51,088 nt of DNA, taken from the IMG/VR virus record IMGVR_UViG_3300042196_000046, positions 1 through 51,088 of that record. The stretch is one strand, 5' to 3'. Below the pieces are notes generated by a model. It was not told where the DNA came from. It saw only the letters and a program-made list of their open reading frames with translations, and made no database searches. Shown one piece after another: positions 37,388 through 45,449 of the stretch. A program made the translations under genes and the position numbers. The stretch is from a virus. Taxonomy: Duplodnaviria; Caudoviricetes. Position 1 is the first letter of the stretch. Each line of letters opens with the position of its first letter.

Positions 37388-37416
37388 GTTATACGACAGC
37401 AATCCAGAAAGCACAA
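37388..37416 (-). promoter_or_regulatory. Leftward early promoter overlapped by operator-like palindrome
   Basis: TTGTGC-N17-TATAAC on the - strand; TGTCG-N14-CGACA at 37375-37398. Confidence 0.6.
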
Positions 37417-37448
37417 GGAATTTTCGAGCCATGCCGTTCAAAAGACGC

Positions 37449-37477
37449 TTGCAAATTTCTGGCACGCAATATAAGAT
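37449..37477 (+). promoter_or_regulatory. Repressor-operon promoter
   Basis: TTGCAA-N17-TAAGAT upstream of 37522. Confidence 0.65.
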
Positions 37478-37521
37478 TGAGGGAATAAAACGACAAAACC
37501 GACGAGGAAGGCCGCAGGAAT

Positions 37522-37956
37522 ATGGCGAGAACCAGATGGCGGAATGAGCCGCCGAACCCTAGTTTCGACTCGGCTGGAGCGACGGCGGAAGAAATCAGGG
37601 CAGAGTTCGCCAGCAGATTACAAGCACGGCTCATAGAGTTGCACTGGTCGCAGTCGGAGCTGGCCCGCAAGGCGAGCGACAGCCGCGACAACATCTCTAA
37701 CTACGTGCGCCGGCGGGCATTACCCGAACCGCAACGCCTAGCAAAGCTGGCGGCAGTGCTCGGCGTGGAACCGGACTGGCTGATCCCGCCGGGGACGCCA
37801 GCAAGCCACCGAGACGTTGAAGCGTTCGACGCCAAGCAGCTATCCAGCAACCGCGTGCGGCTGCGGATCAATCAGGTGGTGTCGTGGGATACCTTCGTGG
37901 CGATCGCCGCGGCTCTCAAAGAGGATGAGAACATGGGCAATGCTGACAAAAACTGA
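37522..37956 (+). CDS. XRE-family HTH repressor (CI-like)
   Basis: RLQARLIELHWSQSELARK...ISNYVRRRALP...LAAVLGVEPDWL; divergent from the Cro-like gene. Confidence 0.85.
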   Translation: MARTRWRNEPPNPSFDSAGATAEEIRAEFASRLQARLIELHWSQSELARKASDSRDNISNYVRRRALPEPQRLAKLAAVLGVEPDWLIPPGTPASHRDVEAFDAKQLSSNRVRLRINQVVSWDTFVAIAAALKEDENMGNADKN

Positions 37957-38233
37957 GTTCGCCAAGCTCGCCCGGCGCTCGACACGCACCATAGAGCGCT
38001 GGACTCAGCGCGGCCTGTTGCGGCCGATCGAGACGCCGGGCGGCCCTCTGTTCACCGAGGAGATGCTGACGTGCCCAAGCCCAAGCGACAAGTGCCCTGG
38101 CTCGAGCAACGGGCAACGGGCGGCAACTACTACGCCTTCTGGTACGACGCCGCCCGACGACGGGTCCAGCGCCAGAGCATGGGCACAACGGATGCGCCAG
38201 AAGCGGGCCGCCGCTTCTCGCATTGGCTGGTAG
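37940..38233 (+). CDS. Excisionase / HTH DNA-binding protein
   Basis: MLTKTEFAKLARRSTRTIERWTQRGLL; 3' end overlaps the integrase start. Confidence 0.75.
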   Translation: MLTKTEFAKLARRSTRTIERWTQRGLLRPIETPGGPLFTEEMLTCPSPSDKCPGSSNGQRAATTTPSGTTPPDDGSSARAWAQRMRQKRAAASRIGW

Positions 38234-39153
38234 AGCACTATCGCGGCCAGGGCATAACCCCGCCGAACGCGGTGGGCCTGCTGACCGTCCGCGACTTGCT
38301 GGCGCTCTATCAGGAGGAGCACATAGACAAGAAGGTGGTCGAGGTCGAGACCTACACCACCATCTGCCGCCACCTGGATAGCCACTTCGGCCCTCTCCTG
38401 CCCCTGCAGATCGAGGGGGCGGTCGACGGATATTGCCAGCGGCGCCGCATGGGCGACATCGGGCGGTCATGCTCGAGCAGCGGCACGCTGCGCACCGAGC
38501 TGTCGATCCTGCTGGCCGCCCTGAATCACGCCGTGCGCAAGCGGCGCCTGACGACGGCCGACGTGCCCTACATAGAGCTGCCAGCCCACGCCGAGCCTCG
38601 CGACGCATGGTGGACGGCAGACCAGATCCGGGCCATCCTCGAGAGCGCCCAGGGCGAGGCCCCTCGCCTCACCCGCGCCTACCGCTTCGCCGCGCTCGGC
38701 TACTACCTGGGCGCGCGGCGCCGGGCGATCGAAGATCTGACGTGGTTCCAGGTGGACCTCGACCACCGGCTAGTGACGCTGCAGCCCAAGGGGCGCGAGC
38801 GCACTAAGAAGCGCCGGCCCGTGGTCCCGATCCATCGCGAGCTGCTGCCGATCATGCAGCGCGCCTACAGCGAGCGCAGCAGCGAATACGTCCTGGACCA
38901 CAAGCGGCCGGTCTATCACGTGTTTGTGCAGGCGCTGAAGCGCGCCGGCTTGACCGGGCATCCGCACATGCTGCGCCACAGTCGCGCCGTGCATCTTGCA
39001 CAACGGGGGGTTGATCTGTATGCCATAGCTGGACTTCTGGGCGACACGCTGGCGACCGTGGAGCGAAACTACCTGCACCACGCGCCAGAGCATTTGAGGC
39101 TGAGGCTTGATCCCCACGGCATGGCCGATGGGATGGGAAGGGAAACAGGATGA
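38071..39153 (+). CDS. int: Tyrosine recombinase / integrase
   Basis: LGARRRAI (R), TKKRRP (K), HMLRH, LLGDT...NYLH (Y); N-terminal arm-binding-like domain. Confidence 0.93.
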   Translation: MPKPKRQVPWLEQRATGGNYYAFWYDAARRRVQRQSMGTTDAPEAGRRFSHWLVEHYRGQGITPPNAVGLLTVRDLLALYQEEHIDKKVVEVETYTTICRHLDSHFGPLLPLQIEGAVDGYCQRRRMGDIGRSCSSSGTLRTELSILLAALNHAVRKRRLTTADVPYIELPAHAEPRDAWWTADQIRAILESAQGEAPRLTRAYRFAALGYYLGARRRAIEDLTWFQVDLDHRLVTLQPKGRERTKKRRPVVPIHRELLPIMQRAYSERSSEYVLDHKRPVYHVFVQALKRAGLTGHPHMLRHSRAVHLAQRGVDLYAIAGLLGDTLATVERNYLHHAPEHLRLRLDPHGMADGMGRETG

Positions 39154-39569
39154 TAGATGAGCTGGATGCATTGCGCGGCATCGTGGCCGAGTTGATCGGC
39201 GTCGCTTGGGATGGCGGCGCTTTCGATGGCGGTGAGCTGCAAGACATGCTCGTCAAGCATGGCGCGCTCTATGAGGTGCCCGCCACCCCCGAAGACTGTG
39301 CGAAGGAGTGGGCGGTCGACCTTGGAATCGAACCGGGAGACACGATCTACAGGGCGACGAAATGGGATCAACTGTCGGCTCGGGATGCGACGTTGGGCGA
39401 GCAAGATTGGATCAATCAACTAGGCGCGGTGGTCGATGCCCAAGCCGAAGACGACGGCTTGTGGTTCCTCGCTCAGACGGCGCCAGAGGCATATCTGCAG
39501 CAAGAGCTGCGCAAGCTGCACGCTATGGTTGAGCAAGCGCGCGAAGCGACTCGGGAGGGCGCACAATGA
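39150..39569 (+). CDS. Hypothetical protein
   Basis: ATGA-coupled to integrase. Confidence 0.65.
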   Translation: MIDELDALRGIVAELIGVAWDGGAFDGGELQDMLVKHGALYEVPATPEDCAKEWAVDLGIEPGDTIYRATKWDQLSARDATLGEQDWINQLGAVVDAQAEDDGLWFLAQTAPEAYLQQELRKLHAMVEQAREATREGAQ

Positions 39570-39931
39570 ACCCCAGGGCAGACGAGACTTCTATTGCCAC
39601 GTCCCTGCCCGCCCTCTTGATGCTGCTCCTGGTCGGATGCGCAAGCGAGCCCACCGCTGGCCAGTGGGTCGACGTCTCCGGCCAGGGCCGCAGCGACGAG
39701 CAGCTGGGGATGGACAAGGCAGCGTGCCACTACCAAGTGCAGACGACCGCCAGCTCGCGCCAAGCGCTCCCGATGGGGCCGGGCAACACCATCGCCGGCG
39801 CGGGGGCGAACATGACCAACGCGCTGATGGGGGCGATCTTCCCCTACGATCGGCTGTATGGCAGCTGCATGGCCGCGGGCGGGTGGAGGTGGCAGGAGTC
39901 TCCACTCGTCTGGACGGCGGATCTCGATTGA
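39566..39931 (+). CDS. Lipoprotein (lysogenic operon; possible superinfection exclusion)
   Basis: Lipobox LVGC; Cys pair DKAAC...SCMAAGGW. Confidence 0.7.
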   Translation: MNPRADETSIATSLPALLMLLLVGCASEPTAGQWVDVSGQGRSDEQLGMDKAACHYQVQTTASSRQALPMGPGNTIAGAGANMTNALMGAIFPYDRLYGSCMAAGGWRWQESPLVWTADLD

Positions 39932-39956
39932 CATTCTGAGCGACGCGCAGTAAGGT
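39928..39956 (+). promoter_or_regulatory. sigma70 promoter of putative sRNA
   Basis: TTGACA-N17-TAAGGT with no downstream ORF before the terminator. Confidence 0.7.
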
Positions 39957-39962
39957 GCGCTT

Positions 39963-40031
39963 CTAGTGTCTGAAGTTGTCAGCTCCAGACCGAACGGCCC
40001 CGGGCCTGACACCCGGGGCCGTTTTCTTTTT
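39963..40031 (+). ncRNA. Putative trans-acting antisense sRNA (about 65 nt, two hairpins)
   Basis: GTCTG/CAGAC hairpin exposing TTGTCAGCTCC, then a 12-bp terminator stem and U-tract; complementary to RBSs at 43983-43995, 44225-44238 and 45440-45450. Confidence 0.7.
39993..40031 (+). terminator. Rho-independent terminator
   Basis: AACGGCCCCGGG-cctgaca-CCCGGGGCCGTT then TTCTTTTT. Confidence 0.85.
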
Positions 40032-42049
40032 CAGACCTTCGGGGGCTCGATCATCCAGGCGACGGGCGAGCTGTCCACCTGGTAAGCCTTGAGCTCGGGA
40101 GCGCTTTTGCCGCGCTGGACGTTGCTGAGCCAGCTTTGATAGGAGCGTTTGGCGGCGGAGCCATCTTCGCCGTCGCCTGGGTCCAGTCCGAGCGCTCGCG
40201 TCATGTCCTCGGCGATCGCCATCGATCCGGCTGGATTCTTGGACACCACCCGCTTGAACAGCTCGATCCGCTGCTTGAGGGCTTCTTCGTGCTCGGCGCG
40301 CTCGATCGACGTCGCCTTGCTGCGCGCATCGCGCGGCCCGGGGGCGAAGTTCATCGCCGCGTTGGCGTCATGGTCGAAGGCAAGCGAGGTGATCGCCTCG
40401 CCGTCCAGGTCCGTGCCCACCTCGATGGCCGTGGACCGGAACACCAGCGGAGCCGGCTTGATGCCGTCGCGTAGCTTACTAGTTGCCCAGATGGTGCCCG
40501 CGCTTCCCTTGGTGGATTGCTCGACCTCAAAGACGCCATCAGCCGCGCCGTTAATGCCGGACCACCCGCGCATGCCGCGGGACTTGTCCTTGCCCATGTG
40601 GTGGACTACGACTACGGCTGCCGCGTAGTCCTGGGCGATCGCGATCAGCGAGCCGATGACAGGCCCCATGTCGCGCCCGCTCGACTCGTCGAGCCCTGCC
40701 GACGTGGCTGCCAGCGTGTCGATGTAGAGCGCGCCGGGGTGGAAGCCGCGCCCGGCGAGCTCGTCCAGGGTGATCCGCAGGCGTTCTGCGCCCTGGTGGG
40801 CGAATTGCGGCGTCTCGGTGATGACCACCAGCCGCGGCGCGCTCTCGGGCATGTGGTGCCGGTTCCAGGCGCGCAGGCGATGCTTGAGGCCAGTAGCGCC
40901 CTCGGCGGCGATGTAGAGCACGTCGACGGGCTCGCGCACCTTGCAGCCGGCCCACCGGCGCCCAAGGGCGAGGTGCATGGCCTGGTCGATCGCGAGGAAG
41001 CTCTTGTGCTGGCCTGGCTCGCCAGTGATGAAGTTGAGGGTGCCGCGGTACAGGATGTTCTTGATCAGCGGCTCGCGATCGGGTAGCGCGTCCAGCTCGA
41101 GCGGCGACAGGCAGCGCAGCGCGCCAGTGGGCTCGACCATGGGCATGGCGACGCGCTCGGCCGTCTCGATCAGCTGTTCGCGCTCGCCGCGCTCGGCATC
41201 GGCCGCGTCCCACTTGGGGGGCTTGCCGGCAGGGATCCGCACCGCGTGGACCGCGGCCGGGCGCACCGTGGCCAGCGCCTCGAGGACGCGCTCGCGCCAC
41301 TTGGCGCCCGCGGCGTCGCCGTCCTGCCAGAGTATCACCGTGCGGCCAGCGAGCGGCGTCAGGTCAGCCTGGCCGATGGCCTGGGCGCCGCCGGCGACTG
41401 TGGTCGCCAGGTAGCCGAGCTCGCGCACCGCGTCGGCGCACTTCTCGCCCTCAACCAGGATCACGCGCTCTGCGCGGCGCGCCAGCAACTCCGGCAAATA
41501 GAGCAGTGGGCGCACGCCATCGGGCCACTCGTAGAGCCGAGTGGCGTCGTTCCATGGGCGGATGGCCTTGACGTTGGGCTGCGTGGGGTGGCGGTAGCGG
41601 GCGACCTCGACATAGAGCGAGCCATCGGCGCGCACGTACTGCCAGCGCGCTTCTGGCTTGACTCGGCGATACCACAGATGGTCGGGCTCGGCGCGCTCGC
41701 TATGGGGGGTCGAGGCCGCGAGGCCAAGCCAGCTCTCCGCCTCGTGCTTGGCGTCGACCTGGGACAGGCCGCGCGTGGCCGCCCAGAGGTTGATCAGGTC
41801 CGCGCCGGCCTCGCCGCCGGCAAAGTCCTGCCAGACACCCTCAGCGAGGTTGACCGACATGGAGCGGCCGCGCCCGCCGCCCAGGTCGCCGCAGACGTAC
41901 TCGCCGCCCATGCGCCGCCCGCCGGGCAGCAGATGCCGGCAGACGGCCTCGGCTTGGCCGAGCAGCCAGTCGTTGACCTCGCTGAAGGAGCGCTTCGGCG
42001 CCGCGGACAACGCGCGGGGCTCGGGGGCGAAGTTGAGGAGCTTGCCCAG
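40031..42049 (-). CDS. Primase-helicase (TOPRIM + RecA-like AAA helicase)
   Basis: WQDFAGGEAGADLI N-domain, VEGEKCADA and QDGDAAG TOPRIM motifs, GEPGQHKS Walker A, IDTLA, VHHMGKD..GMRGWS; start is CTG 42049 or TTG 42010. Confidence 0.9.
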   Translation of the reverse strand: MGKLLNFAPEPRALSAAPKRSFSEVNDWLLGQAEAVCRHLLPGGRRMGGEYVCGDLGGGRGRSMSVNLAEGVWQDFAGGEAGADLINLWAATRGLSQVDAKHEAESWLGLAASTPHSERAEPDHLWYRRVKPEARWQYVRADGSLYVEVARYRHPTQPNVKAIRPWNDATRLYEWPDGVRPLLYLPELLARRAERVILVEGEKCADAVRELGYLATTVAGGAQAIGQADLTPLAGRTVILWQDGDAAGAKWRERVLEALATVRPAAVHAVRIPAGKPPKWDAADAERGEREQLIETAERVAMPMVEPTGALRCLSPLELDALPDREPLIKNILYRGTLNFITGEPGQHKSFLAIDQAMHLALGRRWAGCKVREPVDVLYIAAEGATGLKHRLRAWNRHHMPESAPRLVVITETPQFAHQGAERLRITLDELAGRGFHPGALYIDTLAATSAGLDESSGRDMGPVIGSLIAIAQDYAAAVVVVHHMGKDKSRGMRGWSGINGAADGVFEVEQSTKGSAGTIWATSKLRDGIKPAPLVFRSTAIEVGTDLDGEAITSLAFDHDANAAMNFAPGPRDARSKATSIERAEHEEALKQRIELFKRVVSKNPAGSMAIAEDMTRALGLDPGDGEDGSAAKRSYQSWLSNVQRGKSAPELKAYQVDSSPVAWMIEPPKV

Positions 42050-42079
42050 ATGACGGCCTTTCCGATTGGGAAGGGCTTC

Positions 42080-42301
42080 CTATAACTCAGGTGGGCGGCT
42101 CGGGTCAATGGCCAGCATGGCCGGGTTCAGCTCCTCGATCAGCTCCGGGCGCTGGCGGACCAGCAGCTCGAGCGCTTGGCGCCACGGGTTGCGGCGCAGT
42201 GGGCGGTACATGGTGCCCTTGTCGATGCGCTCGCCGGTGATGGCCTCGACCCAGCGTCGGAGCTGGGCCGGGGTCACGCGGCGCGGGGCGGGGTCAGGCA
42301 T
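42080..42301 (-). CDS. Small hypothetical protein (possible DNA-binding)
   Basis: MPDPAPRRVTPAQLRRWVEAITGERIDKGTMYR...; overlaps the upstream gene. Confidence 0.55.
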   Translation of the reverse strand: MPDPAPRRVTPAQLRRWVEAITGERIDKGTMYRPLRRNPWRQALELLVRQRPELIEELNPAMLAIDPSRPPEL

Positions 42302-42482
42302 CGGAAGCCTCACGCAGGGCTTCCTCGAACTCGTCTTGCGTGAAGTCGGCCAGCCCATCAAGAGCCTCGATCTCATCGCAGATGTCCATGTAGGCGGCGC
42401 CTATGTTGGTCAGCTCGCCAGTGAAATCTACGTGGCTGGCGCGCAGCATGTCGATTGCGTCAGCGGCGGTCCAGGTCGTCAT
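42294..42482 (-). CDS. Small acidic hypothetical protein
   Basis: AGGAG SD before ATG 42482; a TTGACA -35 element lies at 42538-42533. Confidence 0.6.
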   Translation of the reverse strand: MTTWTAADAIDMLRASHVDFTGELTNIGAAYMDICDEIEALDGLADFTQDEFEEALREASDA

Positions 42483-42600
42483 CGCTCGTCTCCTGCTGTT
42501 GATGCTCCCAATATCTATGGCGGAACGCCACATGTCAAGAGGACATATCCAGTTTCGGCATCTTTTTTCTGTCGTCCCCTCTGTTGCTCGCATAGGTTGC

Positions 42601-42955
42601 GCTCGTACCTAAGGCTGTACTCGCGTGGCGAGTACAGCTTATTCACATCAATCGGGCTGTTGATGGTTGGCTGAAAGCCGCAGAAACGGCTGGGCTTCAA
42701 GTTGTATTCCACATTACGGATCATGTGACTCGTACCTCGCTCGTACCTTCACTCGTACCTGTACGAGTCACACAGGGTGGTGTGTGGTTCTGAGAATGTA
42801 ATGGTTTCATAGAGTTATGGGCCGTTCTTAAAGCGCTCGTACCCACTCGTACATGTACGAGTCGTACCTGCCGTACTGGTCACTCGTACCTCCGCTCGTA
42901 CCCTGCCCCCCGTAAGGGGGGGGCGGGGGAGTACGAGCGGGGACGAGTACGACGG
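42601..42955. repeat. Iteron-like CTCGTAC array, putative replication origin
   Basis: CTCGTAC at 42602, 42729, 42740, 42752, 42836, 42846, 42883, 42895; inverted GTACGAG at 42761, 42855, 42931; adjacent to the primase-helicase operon. Confidence 0.75.
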
Positions 42956-43352
42956 GGCTATCGGCTACGAACGGAGGGGCTGTACGCGGGACCTGGGGTC
43001 GCCCAGGCAACGGCTTGGATCAAACGATAGCCTGGTGAACCGGACTACGCCGTCCGATTGCCTTCGCCAATCAATGGACGGCCGCATTTCGCCTAACTTG
43101 TCCTCGTATTGCCCGATCGCGACGACGGTCCATGTGCTCGAGCCCCTGGTCAGGGAGGTTCCGATCGGTGGGGGCGCGACGAAGGTGATGTTGCTGACTG
43201 GCTTCGCGCGTACATTCACCACCAGATCACTCCCATCATGAACAGGATAGCCCCTAGGGCTGCCGTGGGCACGCCTAGGAGCGCGGGGAAGGCGGAGCCG
43301 CACCAGACGGCCACCAGGCCGGCGCCGCTCGCTAGCAGGGCTTGGCGGGGCG

Positions 43353-43583
43353 TCATGGGGCTATGCCTGCGGGTACGACTCGCGCTGGGATCGGGTCTGG
43401 CATGGTGGCTTGGTACCGGACGGCCAGCAGGCGCGCCATCATGCGTCCCAGCTCGGCGGTTGGTGTCTTGCGGCCGGGCGAGCTATGGCGGGAGGTGATC
43501 GGCCAGCCATTCGAGCCTACGACGGTCACGACCGCCGTCCAGCCAGTGGCGCCAGGATGTAGGGCAACATCGATGGTGGTCAT
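43353..43583 (-). CDS. Hypothetical protein
   Basis: AGGAG upstream; follows 43606-43980 in the same orientation. Confidence 0.55.
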   Translation of the reverse strand: MTTIDVALHPGATGWTAVVTVVGSNGWPITSRHSSPGRKTPTAELGRMMARLLAVRYQATMPDPIPARVVPAGIAP

Positions 43584-43605
43584 GGGGCTGGGTCACTCCT
43601 GGGGG

Positions 43606-43980
43606 TTATCGGTGGCTGGCCATCTGGACGACCATGCCGCTGGGCGCAGTGGGGCCGCAGGCGCCCCACTTCCTCCAGCAATTCCGGCAAGCATGCTCGG
43701 GATCGCCGGCGTGATCGATGGCGCGCTCAAGGTATTCGGCTGCGTCGCGCAGCAGATCCAGCCTCGAGGGGCGGTGCTTGGAAATGCTCGCCCATGCGAG
43801 TGAGTCATGGACGACGTGCAGCGTCATGGACAGGTCACCACTGGCTGCCTCGTAGAGCTCGTGCAGGGCGTCGAGCATCGTGGCATAGCTGAGCCGTCGC
43901 GCGGGGCGCGGCTCATGGTCGGGCATGAGCTCGCGGATGAAGGGATAAAGCAGGCTGTCGGCATGGGTGTATCGGGTCAT
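43606..43980 (-). CDS. Hypothetical protein with C-terminal Cys motif
   Basis: GGAG SD within the repeated leader; HACRNC...C. Confidence 0.65.
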   Translation of the reverse strand: MTRYTHADSLLYPFIRELMPDHEPRPARRLSYATMLDALHELYEAASGDLSMTLHVVHDSLAWASISKHRPSRLDLLRDAAEYLERAIDHAGDPEHACRNCWRKWGACGPTAPSGMVVQMASHR

Positions 43981-43982
43981 GG

Positions 43983-44248
43983 TGTCAGCTCCAGAGGTTG
44001 AGGTTTGATTGGCACAATTGAGCGTCGCCTTGTGGGCGGCGCTCTATGTGGCAATCTTTAGGCTTGGTGCGGAGTGGGATAGATTCCGCCGTTACCATGC
44101 CGCCTACTGAACTTGACATGGCGAATGTACAAATCTCCGCCGAGATCTTGTTGCAGACACTTTGCCCAGCTGAGGGTAAAGGCCTCTGCGACCACGAAGT
44201 TGCCGCCATCGATGAGTTGATACATTGTCAGCTCCAGAGGTTGAGGTT
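43983..44248 (-). repeat. 23-bp duplicated translation leader
   Basis: TGTCAGCTCCAGAGGTTGAGGTT at 43983-44005 and 44226-44248, each directly upstream of a - strand ATG. Confidence 0.9.
44058..44225 (-). CDS. Small hypothetical protein (55 aa)
   Basis: MYQLIDGGNFVVAEAFTLSWAK...; GGAG SD in the repeated leader; TTGACA at 44299-44294 upstream. Confidence 0.55.
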   Translation of the reverse strand: MYQLIDGGNFVVAEAFTLSWAKCLQQDLGGDLYIRHVKFSRRHGNGGIYPTPHQA

Positions 44249-44340
44249 GGTTATTGGGTATCTGCGATCTGGCGTAGGACCGTCGATCGATCATGTCAAC
44301 AATAATCGACAAGGCGTGGAAAAAAAGCTAAGAGGCTGGC

Positions 44341-44880
44341 ATGGCTATGCCCAAGGGACACAACGTGCGTGGTCGCGATGGCCGTCTACTCGGCAGCAGC
44401 GGGCTCACGGAAAAACAACAGGAATATGCATATCTACGCTCGAAGGGGATTGCCAAAGGCGAGGCAGCAAGGCGTGCTGGTTATTCGCAGCCAGACCAGG
44501 AAGCGCAGCGCCTAGAGGCCCATCCAGCGGTCGCCGCGGCCATCCACAAGGCCCAATCCAGCGAGATACGCGACCTCGCCACGCTTGGCCTGCAGCGCCT
44601 CCGCAAGATCCTCGAGGAAGACGTCGAGACCGCCAGCGGGAAAGACCTTCAGGCCCGCGTCGCGGTGCAACTCCTCGACCGTGCCGGCCACGTGGCGCCC
44701 AAGGCGGGCGCAGACGCCACGCCAGGCGCTGAGAAGCCGCTGCACGAGATGACGCTAGCCGAGCTCGAGGACGTGGCCAGAGAGGCGCGCGGGCGCCTCG
44801 CTGGCCTGCTGCAGTTGGGCGAGCGCAAGCCTGCGATCGAAGGCGTTGTCGTGGAGGTTGGCGCGCAGGATCGAGCGTAA
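44341..44880 (+). CDS. terS: Terminase small subunit
   Basis: LTEKQQEYA...EAARRAGYS...AQRL...HPAV, ARVAVQLLDRAG. Confidence 0.82.
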   Translation: MAMPKGHNVRGRDGRLLGSSGLTEKQQEYAYLRSKGIAKGEAARRAGYSQPDQEAQRLEAHPAVAAAIHKAQSSEIRDLATLGLQRLRKILEEDVETASGKDLQARVAVQLLDRAGHVAPKAGADATPGAEKPLHEMTLAELEDVAREARGRLAGLLQLGERKPAIEGVVVEVGAQDRA

Positions 44881-45033
44881 GCCGCAGAAACCCTAGGGTT
44901 AGCCGTTGTGAGGTGCAAGATTGAGGGAGGCTGGGCAGGCCATACCCCGCCCCCGGGCGGGGGGCCGGAAGGAAGATTGAGAAAAACGTTCGGCCCCCTC
45001 TACCAAGCCGGGCAAAACGGGAAAACCTTTTAG

Positions 45034-45062
45034 TCGACAAATACGACAACAACCACTATAAC
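45034..45062 (+). promoter_or_regulatory. Putative promoter overlapped by CGACA repeats
   Basis: TCGACA-N17-TATAAC upstream of 45103. Confidence 0.55.
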
Positions 45063-45102
45063 CCCACCCATCCGAAGACCCGCCAACAACGAGGAACGAT
45101 CC

Positions 45103-45291
45103 ATGTCCGAGTTCATTCTCACCCCCGGCATCGCCGTCAAAGGCTACACCCCCGGTCGCTACGCGAAGCGCTTCACCGGCACGCTCATCACGATCAACGG
45201 CGAGGGCGTGAACCGCTTCGCCATCGTCAAGCGCGACGACGGCAAGATCATCAAGATCCGCCCGGCCGTCCTGGAGGCGATCGCGGCCTAG
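45103..45291 (+). CDS. Small basic beta-barrel-like protein
   Basis: GAGGA SD, strongly biased codons. Confidence 0.7.
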   Translation: MSEFILTPGIAVKGYTPGRYAKRFTGTLITINGEGVNRFAIVKRDDGKIIKIRPAVLEAIAA

Positions 45292-45385
45292 CTCTCCCCG
45301 CCGGCCAACTTTCCCCTTGCGCCATTTGTCGGAATGCGATACTTTCGACAGTGACGCTAGTCGATACGGCCTCTTCGCCTTAACT

Positions 45386-45431
45386 CCCCGCCCCGCCGGT
45401 CACTTCAAACCTAGCCGGGGCGGGGTTTTTT
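45386..45431 (+). terminator. Rho-independent terminator / attenuator before the MTase-terL-portal operon
   Basis: CCCCGCCCCG...CGGGGCGGGG followed by TTTTTT. Confidence 0.75.
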
Positions 45432-45449
45432 CTTCGCAAGGAGCTGACA

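Noticed and set aside
42049-42301. Stop-codon read-through fusing the 42301 ORF to primase (same frame, single TAG)
   Set aside because: One-in-three chance of being in frame, a separate SD and start exist for primase, and there is no sign of TAG recoding elsewhere.
42601-42955. CRISPR array
   Set aside because: Units are 7 bp, irregularly spaced and in both orientations. The Cas4-like gene sits in a recombination module and no cas operon is present.
42965-43303. Minus-strand ORF beside the origin
   Set aside because: The C-terminal half looks plausible, but the start and SD cannot be fixed and no motif supports it, so it was left uncalled.
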